A stretch of DNA of 64,000 bases from an uncultured delta proteobacterium (GTDB taxonomy: Bacteria > Myxococcota > Myxococcia > Myxococcales > Myxococcaceae), in NCBI GenBank assembly GCA_963796055.1, contig CAWCKH010000004.1, positions 1,440,001 through 1,504,000 of the forward strand, written 5' to 3'. The notes under the pieces are model-generated. The model ran no database searches and was not told the DNA's origin. It saw only the letters and a program-made list of their open reading frames with translations. Within the stretch, counting starts at the first letter, position 1; the number at the start of each line of letters is the position of its first letter. Below are positions 43,213 to 53,130 of the stretch, in pieces. The position numbers and the translations under genes are program-made.

Positions 43213-44640
43213 TCAGTACGCCTTCGACCAGATCCAGGCGCCGGGGCTCGGATTCCCGCACACCAAGCACGTCCCTGGCTCCGCCTTCAGATCGAAGGGG
43301 CGGTTCCGGGAGCTGACGCCGCCCGTCTCCTCCTTGATCCGCGCCTCGCAGGCCGGGCCGAGGCACCACTGGGCGACGAGGAACCCGTCGTCAGCGCGCT
43401 TCTTCATCTCCTCCATCGAGCCGACGACGAAGGTGTTCGCGTCCCGGAAGGCCCGGGCCCGGTCGAACAGCGCCTTCTGCATCGCCTCCAGCTTGGCCTG
43501 CGCCACCGGCACTGCCTGCTCGAGCGGGACGACCTCCTTGCTCCGGTCGTCCCGGCGCACCAGCACGCACGCGCCCTTGGCCAGGTCCTTGGGCCCCAGC
43601 TCCATCCGCAGGCACACCCCGGCCAGCTCGTACTCGAAGTACTTGAAGCCCGGGCCCTTGCTCTCGTCGTCGTCCACGATGACCGACAGCCCGGCCTTGC
43701 GCAGATCCGCGGCCACTGCCTGCGCCCTGGCGGTCACCGGGCCGCGCTCCTCGCCCTTGCCGATGACCACGATCACCACCTGCGTCGGGGCCAGCTTGGG
43801 CGGGATGACCAGGCCCGCGTCGTCGGAGTGGGTCATCACCAGCGCGCCGACCAGCCGCGTGGACACGCCCCACGAGGTCTGCCAGACGAGGTGCTGCTGC
43901 CCGTCGCGCCCCTGGAACTGGGTGCCGAAGGCCCGGGCGAAGTTCTGCCCCAGGTTGTGGCTGGTGCCGGCCTGGAGCGCCTTCTTGTCCTGCATCATCG
44001 CCTCGATGCTGTAGGTCCGCATCGCGCCGGCGAACTTCTCGGCCTCCGACTTCTGCCCGGAGATCACCGGCATCGCCATCCACTCCTCGGCGAACGTCCG
44101 GTAGACCTCGAGCATCCGCCGGGTCTCCTCCTCCGCCTCCGCTTCCGTCTCGTGGCAGGTGTGGCCCTCCTGCCAGAGGAACTCGGTGGTGCGGAGGAAG
44201 AGCCGGGTGCGCATCTCCCAGCGCATCACGTTGCACCACTGGTTCAGCAGCATCGGCAGATCCCGGTAGCTCTGGATCCACCGGGCGAACATCGAGTTGA
44301 TGATGGTCTCCGAGGTCGGCCGGATGACGTAGGGCTCCTCGAGCTTCTTGCCCCCCGCGTGGGTGACCACCGCCAGCTGCGGGGCGAAGCCCTCCACGTG
44401 CTCGGCCTCCTTGCGGAGGAAGCTCTCGGGGATAAGGAGCGGGAAGTAGGCGTTCTTGTGACCGGTGGCCTTGAACATCCCGTCGAGCGCCCGCTGGATG
44501 TTCTCCCAGAGCGCGTACCCGTTGGGGCGGATGACCATGCAGCCCTTGACGTCGGAGTAATCCGCCAGCTTCGACTTGAGGACCACGTCCACGTACCACT
44601 CGGAGAAGTTCTTCTCCCGAGGGGTCAGCTTCTCGGCCAT
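43213..44640 (-). CDS. proS: Proline--tRNA ligase, archaeal/eukaryote-like type (no INS editing domain)
   Basis: [45 protein letters not shown]-terminal Zn-type Cys and KAY end. Confidence 0.97.
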   Translation of the reverse strand: MAEKLTPREKNFSEWYVDVVLKSKLADYSDVKGCMVIRPNGYALWENIQRALDGMFKATGHKNAYFPLLIPESFLRKEAEHVEGFAPQLAVVTHAGGKKLEEPYVIRPTSETIINSMFARWIQSYRDLPMLLNQWCNVMRWEMRTRLFLRTTEFLWQEGHTCHETEAEAEEETRRMLEVYRTFAEEWMAMPVISGQKSEAEKFAGAMRTYSIEAMMQDKKALQAGTSHNLGQNFARAFGTQFQGRDGQQHLVWQTSWGVSTRLVGALVMTHSDDAGLVIPPKLAPTQVVIVVIGKGEERGPVTARAQAVAADLRKAGLSVIVDDDESKGPGFKYFEYELAGVCLRMELGPKDLAKGACVLVRRDDRSKEVVPLEQAVPVAQAKLEAMQKALFDRARAFRDANTFVVGSMEEMKKRADDGFLVAQWCLGPACEARIKEETGGVSSRNRPFDLKAEPGTCLVCGNPSPGAWIWSKAY

Positions 44641-44703
44641 GACGTTCCGTTCACCCTTTCCGGCAAAGGGTGGTCACGTACCGGAGCGGAGGGGGCGGTG
44701 CAA

Positions 44704-45084
44704 CTACGGGGGCTTGGCCCTGGGGTTGGGGCTGGCCGGGCTGGTGATTCCCGGGATCTCCTGCACCGGCTCCAGGCTACGGACCTTGCCCTGGTTCGGG
44801 TCCACCGTCACCCGTACCGGCTCGGGGACCCCGGGGCCCAGGTCGAAGGTGAGCTGGAGCATCCCGCTGGGCAGGGTCTGGCTCTTGACCAGCGTGGGCT
44901 GAATCCCGGTGCTGGCGACCACGTAGTCGCTTCCGACTCTCAGCGCCCGGTCGAATCCCAGGTTGGAGATCGCGGCGGAAGAGGGCGCGGGACCGGCGGC
45001 GGGCGGCCGGTCGCCGTGTCCGGAGGCGGCGCATCCTGCGCACAGCAGAAGCACGCCGAGCCATCCGGACGGGTGAGCTTGCAC
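44704..45084 (-). CDS. Small lipoprotein, PepSY-like (tandem paralogue 2)
   Basis: CAGC lipobox; LGFDRALRVGSDYV..LQLTFDLGPG..PVRVTVD shared with the neighbouring gene. Confidence 0.7.
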   Translation of the reverse strand: MQAHPSGWLGVLLLCAGCAASGHGDRPPAAGPAPSSAAISNLGFDRALRVGSDYVVASTGIQPTLVKSQTLPSGMLQLTFDLGPGVPEPVRVTVDPNQGKVRSLEPVQEIPGITSPASPNPRAKPP

Positions 45085-45123
45085 CCCCGAAGCCTGTGGC
45101 CCGCGTCGGCGGCCCGTCAAGGC

Positions 45124-45468
45124 TCAACGCGCAGGCTGGACGACGCCCGGTGCCAGGGTCTCCATCCCGGTCACCTGGCCGTTCACCCGGTCCACCGTCA
45201 CCCGGACCGGAAACTTCCCCGGCCCGAGGTCGAAGGTGAGCTGGAGAATCCCCGCGGACAGCTCCTGGCTGGAGACCAGCGTCGCGTCGCCCACCCCGGC
45301 CGATTGGCGCACGTAGTCGCTGCCCATCCGGACCGCCTGGTCGAAGCCGAGCGTGGCGATCATCCCCGGCGACGGCGGGGGCTCGGGGGCGACGGGACGG
45401 TTCCCGTGCCCTGCGGGTGCGCACGCCGTCCACATCACCAGAAATCCCGTCGCCCAGGCGCGCGTCAT
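45124..45468 (-). CDS. Small lipoprotein, PepSY-like (tandem paralogue 1)
   Basis: WTAC lipobox; LGFDQAVRMGSDYV..LQLTFDLGPG..PVRVTVD. Confidence 0.7.
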   Translation of the reverse strand: MTRAWATGFLVMWTACAPAGHGNRPVAPEPPPSPGMIATLGFDQAVRMGSDYVRQSAGVGDATLVSSQELSAGILQLTFDLGPGKFPVRVTVDRVNGQVTGMETLAPGVVQPAR

Positions 45469-45699
45469 GTCACCCGGCAGCGTGTGCGCGGGGTCCGGGG
45501 AGGTCAAGCGACCCGTCGCCCGGGTGGTACGTCCCGCGCGGACCAACGGCGTCCGGGGCTGACCGCGGACGCTGCCGCTGAAACGCGCGGTCCCCCCGGG
45601 AGCGTCGCCGTTCGTCCGGGCGTCGATCTCGCGTGGCACCACTGTGTCGCAGCGAGTGTGTCACTCGCCTACGCGATGGATTTGTTAACGTCGTCACGG

Positions 45700-47010
45700 A
45701 TGACGCGACCTCGCCTGCTCGTCGTCGACGACAACCTCGAGCTTCTTTCCCTCCTGACCCACCTCTTCGAGGACGCGGGCTACGACGTGGTGTCCGCCTC
45801 GAAGGCGAAGCAGGCGCTCGACGTCGCCCGGGGCAACGCGCCGGCGCTCGCGGTGCTGGACGTGCTCCTGCCGGACCTCATGGGCTACCACCTGGCGGAT
45901 CAGCTGCGGAAGGAGTTCCCCCAGCTCCCGGTCATCTTCGTGACCGGGGTCTTCAAGGGCGGCAAGCACGGCGCCGAGGCGAAGCAGAAGCACGGCGCGG
46001 TGGCCTGGTTCGAGAAGCCGTTCGAGGCCCGCAAGCTCCTCGAGGCGGTGGCCCAGCACGTCCCGGCAACTCCCAGCAGCTCCGGTGGGACGGAGGAGTT
46101 CGAGGTCGAGCTGGACATCGACATCGAGGAGGAAGAGCAGCCGGACACGATGGAGCTCACCGGCAAGATCAAGGTGACCGACGACGGCGAGGTGAGCGCC
46201 GAGCTCCGGGGCGCCGATCTCCGCGCCAAGCCGATGCAGCGCTACCCGGACACGCTGGTGCGGACCCGACCGGCCGGGACCGAGCCGCCGCCTTCGCCGA
46301 CCAAGGCCCTTCGCCGGGGCGCGCTCAGGGACAACCTGCCCTCGTTGATCACCGCCTTCTTCCAGACCCGCGAGACCGGGGAGCTGGGCGTGCAGCGGGG
46401 GCCGGTGAAGAAGGTCGTCTACTTCCAGGACGGGATGCCCGTCTTCGCGCTTTCGAATCTACTGTCGGATCGGCTGGGCCAGTTCCTGGTCCGTACCGGG
46501 AAGATCCGCCCCGAGCAGCTGGCGGACGTGGCGCTCATGGCGCAGCAGACCAAGCGGCGCACCGGCGACATCTTGGTGGAGCGCGGCCTCCTCCGGGACA
46601 CCGAGCGCGTCTACTACGTGGGGCAACAGGTCAAGTCGATCATCTACTCGCTCTTCGCCTGGGAGGACGGCACGTACGTGATGTCCTTCGGGGGCAAGGC
46701 GCTCGGCGAGACGCTGAAGCTCGACGTGAACCCGGCCAACCTCATCGTCCGGGGGGTGAAGAAGCTCTACAAGTCCGAGCGGGTGAAGCGCATCCTCGCC
46801 CTCGAGGACCGGCTGGTCCCGTCGCGGCAGCCGGTCTATCCCCAGTCCGACATCGAGCTCGAGCGCTGGGAGGCGGATCTGCTCGCGCACGCCGACGGAA
46901 CCCGCACCGTGGCCGAGCTGATCGCCTTCGCCCGCCGTCCCGAGCCGGTGGTGCAGCTCGCCCTGGCCTCGCTCCTCGCGGTGCAGGCGCTGGAGAAGCC
47001 GGCGGCGTAG
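45700..47010 (+). CDS. Response regulator with acidic linker and DUF4388-like C-terminal domain (alternative ATG at 45676)
   Basis: LLVVDDN, LDVLLP, VTG, EKPF; then GALRDNLPSL..TGEL..VYFQDG..DRLGQFL..LFAWEDGTY pattern. Confidence 0.88.
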   Translation: MTRPRLLVVDDNLELLSLLTHLFEDAGYDVVSASKAKQALDVARGNAPALAVLDVLLPDLMGYHLADQLRKEFPQLPVIFVTGVFKGGKHGAEAKQKHGAVAWFEKPFEARKLLEAVAQHVPATPSSSGGTEEFEVELDIDIEEEEQPDTMELTGKIKVTDDGEVSAELRGADLRAKPMQRYPDTLVRTRPAGTEPPPSPTKALRRGALRDNLPSLITAFFQTRETGELGVQRGPVKKVVYFQDGMPVFALSNLLSDRLGQFLVRTGKIRPEQLADVALMAQQTKRRTGDILVERGLLRDTERVYYVGQQVKSIIYSLFAWEDGTYVMSFGGKALGETLKLDVNPANLIVRGVKKLYKSERVKRILALEDRLVPSRQPVYPQSDIELERWEADLLAHADGTRTVAELIAFARRPEPVVQLALASLLAVQALEKPAA

Positions 47011-47030
47011 CTGACTGCGGCCGCCCTGAC

Positions 47031-47717
47031 TTACCCGAGCAGCTTCGGCACCAGCGGCCATCCCCAGAGCAATCCCATGGTCACGCTCAGGGTGCCCGCC
47101 GCGGCGCTGGTCCAGCCCCGGGCCCGCGGTGTCCGGAGGAGCCGCGCCAGCGGCCAGCCGGCAATCCCCGAGAGCAGCCCCATCCCCAGCACCGAGCCTC
47201 CGCCGAACACCAGGGTGTAGGCCAGCCGCTCGAGGTTGGTGTCGAAGCCGGCCAGCACCAGCGCGGTGAGCGCGCCGCTCCCGGCCAGGCCGTGGATGAC
47301 TCCTACCACCAGCGGGCGCACCGCGTAGGCGCGGCGCCCCAGGTGGACGTGGGCACTGTCCCCGGCGTGGACGTGCAGCCGCCCTCCGTGCTCGTGGCGC
47401 TGCGGGGTGCCGTGGGTCATCTCCGCCCGGGCTCGCACCAGGGCCCGGACCCCGAGGAAGAGGAGCATCGCCGAGACCAGCAGCTCGAACGCGGCGGTCA
47501 GCCGGTCCGACAGTGTCGTCCGGAGAAGCGCGAGCACCAGCCCCATCGCCAGCAACGCCAGCGTGTGCCCCAGCCCCCAGAACGCGCCCAGCCAGAGGCC
47601 CGAGCGAGGGTCGTCCTCCTCGGTGACCAGGGTGGAGACCGCCGCCAGGTGATCGGGCTCGAGGGCATGGCGCATGCCCAGAAGCAGACCGAGAAACCAG
47701 GCGGTGACGGTGGTCAG
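47031..47717 (-). CDS. Nickel/cobalt transporter, UreH/NiCoT-like; probable CTG start at 47717
   Basis: RHALEPDH signature, WGLGHT, His-rich loop (HEHGGRLHVH..HVH), HGLAGS; GGAGG SD 5 nt before the in-frame CTG. Confidence 0.88.
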   Translation of the reverse strand: MTTVTAWFLGLLLGMRHALEPDHLAAVSTLVTEEDDPRSGLWLGAFWGLGHTLALLAMGLVLALLRTTLSDRLTAAFELLVSAMLLFLGVRALVRARAEMTHGTPQRHEHGGRLHVHAGDSAHVHLGRRAYAVRPLVVGVIHGLAGSGALTALVLAGFDTNLERLAYTLVFGGGSVLGMGLLSGIAGWPLARLLRTPRARGWTSAAAGTLSVTMGLLWGWPLVPKLLG

Positions 47718-47970
47718 AGGTACCTCCGCGCGCTCCGCTCTACCACGCCTTCCGGCGGGAGACCCGGCGGCCCTGCTGGCGCTGGGCTGTCAACCCCCCT
47801 CGATGCCCACCGCCCGCGGTCCGGGAGGAGAGAGAGGCACCAGCTCCGGCCCGAGTGCCACCGAGCGTGCCGCCTCGGCGTCCACCGGGTCGGCGTCCTC
47901 GGGCGATCTGTCGGGCACCGGCGGTTCGGGCGACGCGGGGAAGGGCCACGCGGACGCCGGGATGCGGTAG

Positions 47971-49077
47971 TCAGCCCGGGGCGTCCCGCCGCGCGGTGGG
48001 ATCGCGGCCGGCCACCGTCCTCGCCGGGGTCCCGAGCGCGAGCTCCTCGACCATCCGGCGGTGCTCGGTGGACCCGAGCTCCGCCACCCGATCCTCGGGG
48101 GACCGGACGAACCGTTGCACCAGCACGTCGATGCGCGCGTGCGCGTCGCGGAGCCGCTCCTGCGGGATGAGCCCCTGCCTCGCGGCCGCCACCAGCGCCT
48201 CCAGCACCCGATGCTGCACGGCGGCGTGGTGACACACCAGCAGCACGTCCACCCCAGCGCGCACCGCCTCCACGGCCGCCGACGCCGGGTCGGCGATGGC
48301 CTTCATCTCCAGATCATCGCTGACCACCACGCCGTGGAAGCCGAGCCGTTCCCGGAGCAGCCCGGTCATTGCCCGGCGGCTGAGCGTGGCCGCGACGTCC
48401 TCGCCCAGCGCGGGGAAGCGCACGTGCGCGGTCATCACCGAGGCCAGCCCCGCACGGGCGTACGCCCCGAAGGGGACCAGCTCCACTGCCTCGAGTCGCT
48501 CGAGCCCGTGCTCCAGCACCGGCAAGGTCAGGTGGCTGTCCTGAAGGGTGTCCCCGTGCCCGGGAAAGTGCTTCCCGCACGAAGCCACGCCCCCTCGCTC
48601 CATCCCTTCCGCCAGTGCCACCCCGAGCCGTGCGACCTCCACGGGGGAGGCGCCGAAGCTCCGATCTCCGATGACTGGGTTGGCGGGGTTGCTGTCGACG
48701 TCGAGCACCGGCGCGAAGTCCCAGTCGAAGCCGGTGGCCCGCAGCTCGAAGGCCAGCAGCCGCCCCACCCGGCGGGCGGTCTCCGGATCGCCACCCTGGC
48801 CCAGGGCCCGCATGGGTGGGAGCGCGGTGTACGGCGCCCCGCGCAGGCGTGCCACCCGGCCGCCCTCCTGATCCACCGCCACCGGGAAGGGCCGCGCCGC
48901 CCGCGACTTGAGCCGGTGCGTCAAGAGCGCGGTCTCGGAGGCCGTGCCCACGTTGCGCCCGAAGAGGATGGCCCCGAGCACCCCGACGTCGATCAGCCCG
49001 CCGACGTCAGGGTCGACCTCCCGCCCCGGGAATCCCACCAGCAGCAGCCGCGCACACGCCTGACGTAGATCGCCCAC
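47971..49077 (-). CDS. nagZ: Beta-N-acetylhexosaminidase (GH3)
   Basis: VDQEGGRVARL, FAPVLD, KHFPGHGDTLQDSH, VMTAH, SDDLEM; start uncertain. Confidence 0.93.
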   Translation of the reverse strand: MGDLRQACARLLLVGFPGREVDPDVGGLIDVGVLGAILFGRNVGTASETALLTHRLKSRAARPFPVAVDQEGGRVARLRGAPYTALPPMRALGQGGDPETARRVGRLLAFELRATGFDWDFAPVLDVDSNPANPVIGDRSFGASPVEVARLGVALAEGMERGGVASCGKHFPGHGDTLQDSHLTLPVLEHGLERLEAVELVPFGAYARAGLASVMTAHVRFPALGEDVAATLSRRAMTGLLRERLGFHGVVVSDDLEMKAIADPASAAVEAVRAGVDVLLVCHHAAVQHRVLEALVAAARQGLIPQERLRDAHARIDVLVQRFVRSPEDRVAELGSTEHRRMVEELALGTPARTVAGRDPTARRDAPG

Positions 49078-49208
49078 CGGATCCGCCCAGTGTAGCAGGG
49101 GGGGGGCCTGGCGCTGGTGCTGCTGATGGGAGATAGCACCGGAGGGTGCCCGGGGGCGCACAAGCTGCTTGCACGGCGGCCCTCCGGCTGGAATCACGCG
49201 GGATCGCC

Positions 49209-49853
49209 ATGGCCGACACCGCCCACACGCTCGCCCCCACCGGCGCCTTCTACCGCGCCCGCATCGCCTCGCTGCTGGCGATCGCCCCGCTCGGCATCTG
49301 GACCGTGCTCCACCTCTGGGACAACCTGAGCGCCTTCGACGGCGCGCAACCCTGGGAGCAGGCGGTCACCGGGGCCCGCCACCCCTTGCACCAGGCGCTC
49401 CTGGTGGTGCTGGTCCTCCTCCCGCTGGTGCTGCACACCCTGTGGGGCATCGTCCGTCTGGTCTCCTTCCGCCCGAACAACGTCCGGTACTCCAACTACG
49501 ACAACCTCAAGTACCTGCTCCAGCGGCTGAGCGCCCTCGGGCTCCTGGGCTTCATCGGCGCGCACCTCTGGCTGGCCTGGGCACAGCCGCGGTTCGTGGA
49601 GGGCCGGCCCGAGCCCTTCGCCGAGATCTCCCACCAGATGGCGCATCACACGCCCACCCTGGTGGTCTACGTCCTCGGCATCCTTGCGGTGAGCTATCAC
49701 CTCGCCAACGGCATCCAGACCTTCGCCATGGGCCAGGGCCTGGTGGCGAGCGCCGGGGCGCTGAGGCGCCTGGAATGGGTGGTGTACCTCACGTTCTTCC
49801 TCCTGCTGGCGATGGGCTGGGGCGGCGTGTTCGCCCTCTGGCGCGCCGGCTGA
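49209..49853 (+). CDS. Succinate dehydrogenase/fumarate reductase cytochrome b subunit-like membrane protein (orphan)
   Basis: Five TM helices with four His (VLHLWDN, VLHTLWG, GAHLW, SYHLANG); LQRLSA motif. Confidence 0.8.
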   Translation: MADTAHTLAPTGAFYRARIASLLAIAPLGIWTVLHLWDNLSAFDGAQPWEQAVTGARHPLHQALLVVLVLLPLVLHTLWGIVRLVSFRPNNVRYSNYDNLKYLLQRLSALGLLGFIGAHLWLAWAQPRFVEGRPEPFAEISHQMAHHTPTLVVYVLGILAVSYHLANGIQTFAMGQGLVASAGALRRLEWVVYLTFFLLLAMGWGGVFALWRAG

Positions 49854-49897
49854 TCCGTGGCGGCGGGGAAGCCCGGGCTCGGTTACGGTGGCGCCAG

Positions 49898-50908
49898 GTG
49901 ACCGCGCCCCTCGCCATCGGATTCCTGATGGACCCGCTCGAGCAGGTGCTGGTCCACCACGACACCACGTTCGCCCTGATGCGGACGGCGCAGGAGCGGG
50001 GGCACCGGCTGCTCAGCTTCGGCCAGGAGGGCCTGTTCCATCAGGGCGGCCAGGTCCACGCCCGGGCGCGCGAGGTGGAGGTCTTCGACCGGCAGGGGCA
50101 CCACTTCCGGGTGATCGCCGAGCGCGAGATCCCCCTCGCGGCGCTGGACGTCCTGTGGCTGCGGAAGGATCCGCCGGTGGACCTGGCGTTCCTCCACGCG
50201 ACGCAGCTGGTGGAGGTCACCGGGGGCCACTCACCGGTGTCGGTGAACTCGCCCGCCGGCCTGCGCACCGCCAACGAGAAGCTGTGGGCGCTGCACTTCC
50301 CCGACCTCATCCCCGAGACGCTGGTCAGCCGCGACCTGGCGCAGCTCCGGGCCTTCGTGGAACGCACGGCGGAGGGTGTCATCGTCAAGCCGGTGGACGG
50401 GCACGGCGGCGAGGGCGTGGTGCTGCTCCGGCGGGGGGACCGGAATACCCCCTCGATCCTCGAGCTGCTCACCGGCCGCGGGCGCGACTGGGTGGTGGCG
50501 CAGGCATACGTGCCCGCCGCGCGGCAGGGCGACAAGCGGGTGCTGCTGCTCGACGGCGAGCCGCTCGGTGCCATCAACCGGATCCCGCTGGACAGCGAGA
50601 ACCGCGCCAACATGGCCGTGGGCGGTCAGCCCGTGAAGACCGAGCTCACCGCGCGCGACCGGGAGATCTGCGCCCGCCTCGCCCCGTTCCTCCGCCGGGA
50701 AGGGCTGATCTTCGTCGGCATCGACGTCATCGGCGACTACCTCATCGAGGTGAACGTCACCAGCCCCACCGGGCTCGCCGAGCTGGCTCGGCTGGAAGGT
50801 GGTGACCCGGCAGGCCGCATCCTCGCCCACGTCGAGCGCCTTGCGGCCGACCGGCGGGAGAGCCCGCCTGTCCAGGCGCCGACGTCCGGGGTTGGCAAGG
50901 GCCGCTGA
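49898..50908 (+). CDS. gshB: Glutathione synthetase
   Basis: FLMDP..DTTFALM, LRKDPP, NEKL, GDKR, RANMAVGG, FVGIDVIG, EVNVTSPTG. Confidence 0.95.
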   Translation: MTAPLAIGFLMDPLEQVLVHHDTTFALMRTAQERGHRLLSFGQEGLFHQGGQVHARAREVEVFDRQGHHFRVIAEREIPLAALDVLWLRKDPPVDLAFLHATQLVEVTGGHSPVSVNSPAGLRTANEKLWALHFPDLIPETLVSRDLAQLRAFVERTAEGVIVKPVDGHGGEGVVLLRRGDRNTPSILELLTGRGRDWVVAQAYVPAARQGDKRVLLLDGEPLGAINRIPLDSENRANMAVGGQPVKTELTARDREICARLAPFLRREGLIFVGIDVIGDYLIEVNVTSPTGLAELARLEGGDPAGRILAHVERLAADRRESPPVQAPTSGVGKGR

Positions 50909-50927
50909 CGGGCACAGCCTCTGGCCG

Positions 50928-52256
50928 ATGCGTGTTCCCTGGCTGACCCTGCTCGTCGCGCTGGCCCTGGCGTGCGACGGCGGAACCGGAGGTGGAGGGC
51001 CCGACGCGGGGCCGGGCTCCGGTCAGGGGCCTCCCGGCGCGTCGACGACCGTGCCGGTGAGCGTCCCGGCCTCGATGCGGAGCGCTCCGTTCGACGTCCC
51101 GCGCGCGCTCACGGTTCCCGCTGGATTCTCCATCGCGGTGTATGCGCGGGTGCCGGGGGCCCGGTTCATGGCCGTGACCCCAGAGGGGAGCCTCCTGGTC
51201 TCGAACCCCGGGGCGGGCACGGTTTCGCTGGTCCGAGCCGGCACGGGGGGTGACGACCCGGTGGTCTCGGACTGGGTCACGGGCCTGCGGATGCCGCACG
51301 ACCTCGTCTTCCACCGGATCGGCGCCACGGTCTGGCTCTACGTCTCCGAGTCGAACGGAGTGCGGCGCTACGCCTGGAATGGCGCGACGACCGCTCCGGC
51401 CGGCGAGGTGGTGCTGACCGGTCTGCCGGACAGGAGCACCCCCGAGCTGCACGGGGCGTACGGCCACGAGCTGAAGAACATCGCGCTCGACAGCCAGGAC
51501 CGACTCTTCGTCTCCATCGCCTCGACCTGCAACGTGTGCGCGAGCGACGCGCAGGCGGACCCGGTGCGCGGGGCCATCCACCTCTACGACGCGACCGGCG
51601 GCAACCACCGGCTCTACGCCCGCGGGCTGCGCAACGCCGAGGGACTGGCCTTCTTCCCCGGGACCGACGACCTCTGGGTGAGCGTGAACGGCCGCGACAA
51701 CCTGCCGTACCCCATCGACGACTCCTCGGGGCAGTACGGGCAGATCATCCCCAGCTACGTGGACGACCACCCGCCGGACACGCTCATCCGCCTGCGCGAC
51801 GGGGGCGACTACGGCTGGCCGTTCTGCAATCCGGATCCCGACAGCGCGAGCGGGCTCTTCGACATGCCGCTCGACCGCGACTTCGACACCAACCGCGACG
51901 GAAGCGCCGCCGATTGCAGCGCGATGGACCGGGCGACCATGGGCATCCAGGCGCACTCGGCGGCGCTGGGCCTGGTGTTCCTGCAAGGCACGCCGTTCCC
52001 GACGCCGTGGAGCTCGGGGGCGGCCATCGCCCTCCACGGCTCCTGGAACCGGACGACGCCCACTGGGGACAAGGTGATCCTCGTCCCCTTCCTGAACGGG
52101 ACCCAGCAGCCCTCGCCGCCGGTCGACCTGGTCACCGGATGGACCGGCTCCGACGGAAAATACTGGGGGCGCCCGGTGGATGTCGCGGTGGACGCCAGCG
52201 GGGCGATGTTCATCTCCGACGACGCGAGCGGGACCGTCTACCGTCTGAGCCGCTGA
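50928..52256 (+). CDS. PQQ-dependent sugar/sorbosone dehydrogenase family lipoprotein
   Basis: LALAC lipobox; ASTCNVC, GLRNAEG, DYGWPFC, AHSAALG, HGSWNR, GRPVDV, ISDD. Confidence 0.9.
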   Translation: MRVPWLTLLVALALACDGGTGGGGPDAGPGSGQGPPGASTTVPVSVPASMRSAPFDVPRALTVPAGFSIAVYARVPGARFMAVTPEGSLLVSNPGAGTVSLVRAGTGGDDPVVSDWVTGLRMPHDLVFHRIGATVWLYVSESNGVRRYAWNGATTAPAGEVVLTGLPDRSTPELHGAYGHELKNIALDSQDRLFVSIASTCNVCASDAQADPVRGAIHLYDATGGNHRLYARGLRNAEGLAFFPGTDDLWVSVNGRDNLPYPIDDSSGQYGQIIPSYVDDHPPDTLIRLRDGGDYGWPFCNPDPDSASGLFDMPLDRDFDTNRDGSAADCSAMDRATMGIQAHSAALGLVFLQGTPFPTPWSSGAAIALHGSWNRTTPTGDKVILVPFLNGTQQPSPPVDLVTGWTGSDGKYWGRPVDVAVDASGAMFISDDASGTVYRLSR

Positions 52257-52308
52257 CCCCGGGCGTGGTGGAGGCCGGGACCCGCTGGGAGCGCGCGCCC
52301 CCGCTCGT

Positions 52309-53085
52309 TCAGGGGGCTGCTGTGTACGCCTCTCTCCCCTCGGACGGAAGGATGCTCCGGAGGTCCACGCGGAAGATGTGGCCGGCCGCGTCGCGGGCCG
52401 CGATCGCCGGAGCCCCCGCGTTCGCGGCCGCCCTGCGCAGCGCGCGCCAGCTGTCTGCCTCCCACTGCTGGGTCGTGACGCGGACCTCGTCGCGAAGCGG
52501 TGGGGTCGGCTGGGCGATCGAGGCGAGGTCGACAGGAGCGGTGCTTGCGTCGACGACCGGGAACCCGGGGTCCTCGACCGGGCCCCACACCCGGTAACGG
52601 ACCGCCCCGGTCGGCTCGACCCCGATGAGGGCGACGTCGTCGATTACCCCCGGGTAGGCGGCCGCGATCGGGAGGATGGGCGTGCTGCGACCGGAGCAGT
52701 CGTCGCAGGAGACGTCAGTCGCAGGGGTCAGGCCCGAGTCGAGGATGAGGACGGGCGTGTCCGTGATCTGGGAGGGATACCGTCCGGCGAGCGCCGGCCA
52801 GTCACCGAAGGCGAGACGCGCGGAGACGGAGCGCTCCAGCGCGGGGTCGAGCACGCCGAGCAGCTCGGGAGCAAGCGGGTACCCCTTCCGGACGGCGAAC
52901 TGACAGCTCCCGTCGACCCGGAGGAAGCTCTGGCCGAGCTCTCCGGCCACGCTGTACGGGACGAACCCCTCGGTCAGGAAGGCGTTGAGCTCGGTCGAAG
53001 ATCCGCCGTTGCAGATCCTCGCCGGGGAACCGCAGGCCGCGAGAAGCGACAGCATGCCGCAGACGAGAGTGAAGCGGGTCGACAT
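52309..53085 (-). CDS. Hypothetical lipoprotein
   Basis: LLAAC lipobox; 258-aa ORF with several Cys. Confidence 0.65.
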   Translation of the reverse strand: MSTRFTLVCGMLSLLAACGSPARICNGGSSTELNAFLTEGFVPYSVAGELGQSFLRVDGSCQFAVRKGYPLAPELLGVLDPALERSVSARLAFGDWPALAGRYPSQITDTPVLILDSGLTPATDVSCDDCSGRSTPILPIAAAYPGVIDDVALIGVEPTGAVRYRVWGPVEDPGFPVVDASTAPVDLASIAQPTPPLRDEVRVTTQQWEADSWRALRRAAANAGAPAIAARDAAGHIFRVDLRSILPSEGREAYTAAP

Positions 53086-53130
53086 CCGTGCGGAGTCTGC
53101 GCTCGCTGGACCTGGCCGCTCAACGGGTCC

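Noticed and set aside
42526..45675. N-terminal 1050 aa of the 1494-aa ORF 42526..47010
   Set aside because: Antisense to thpR, proS and the lipoprotein genes; only the part from 45676/45700 is a real protein.
47788..47793. Perfect TTGACA on the minus strand upstream of the Ni/Co transporter; also a possible NiCo or cobalamin riboswitch here
   Set aside because: No -10 box at 16-18 nt and no recognisable riboswitch core.
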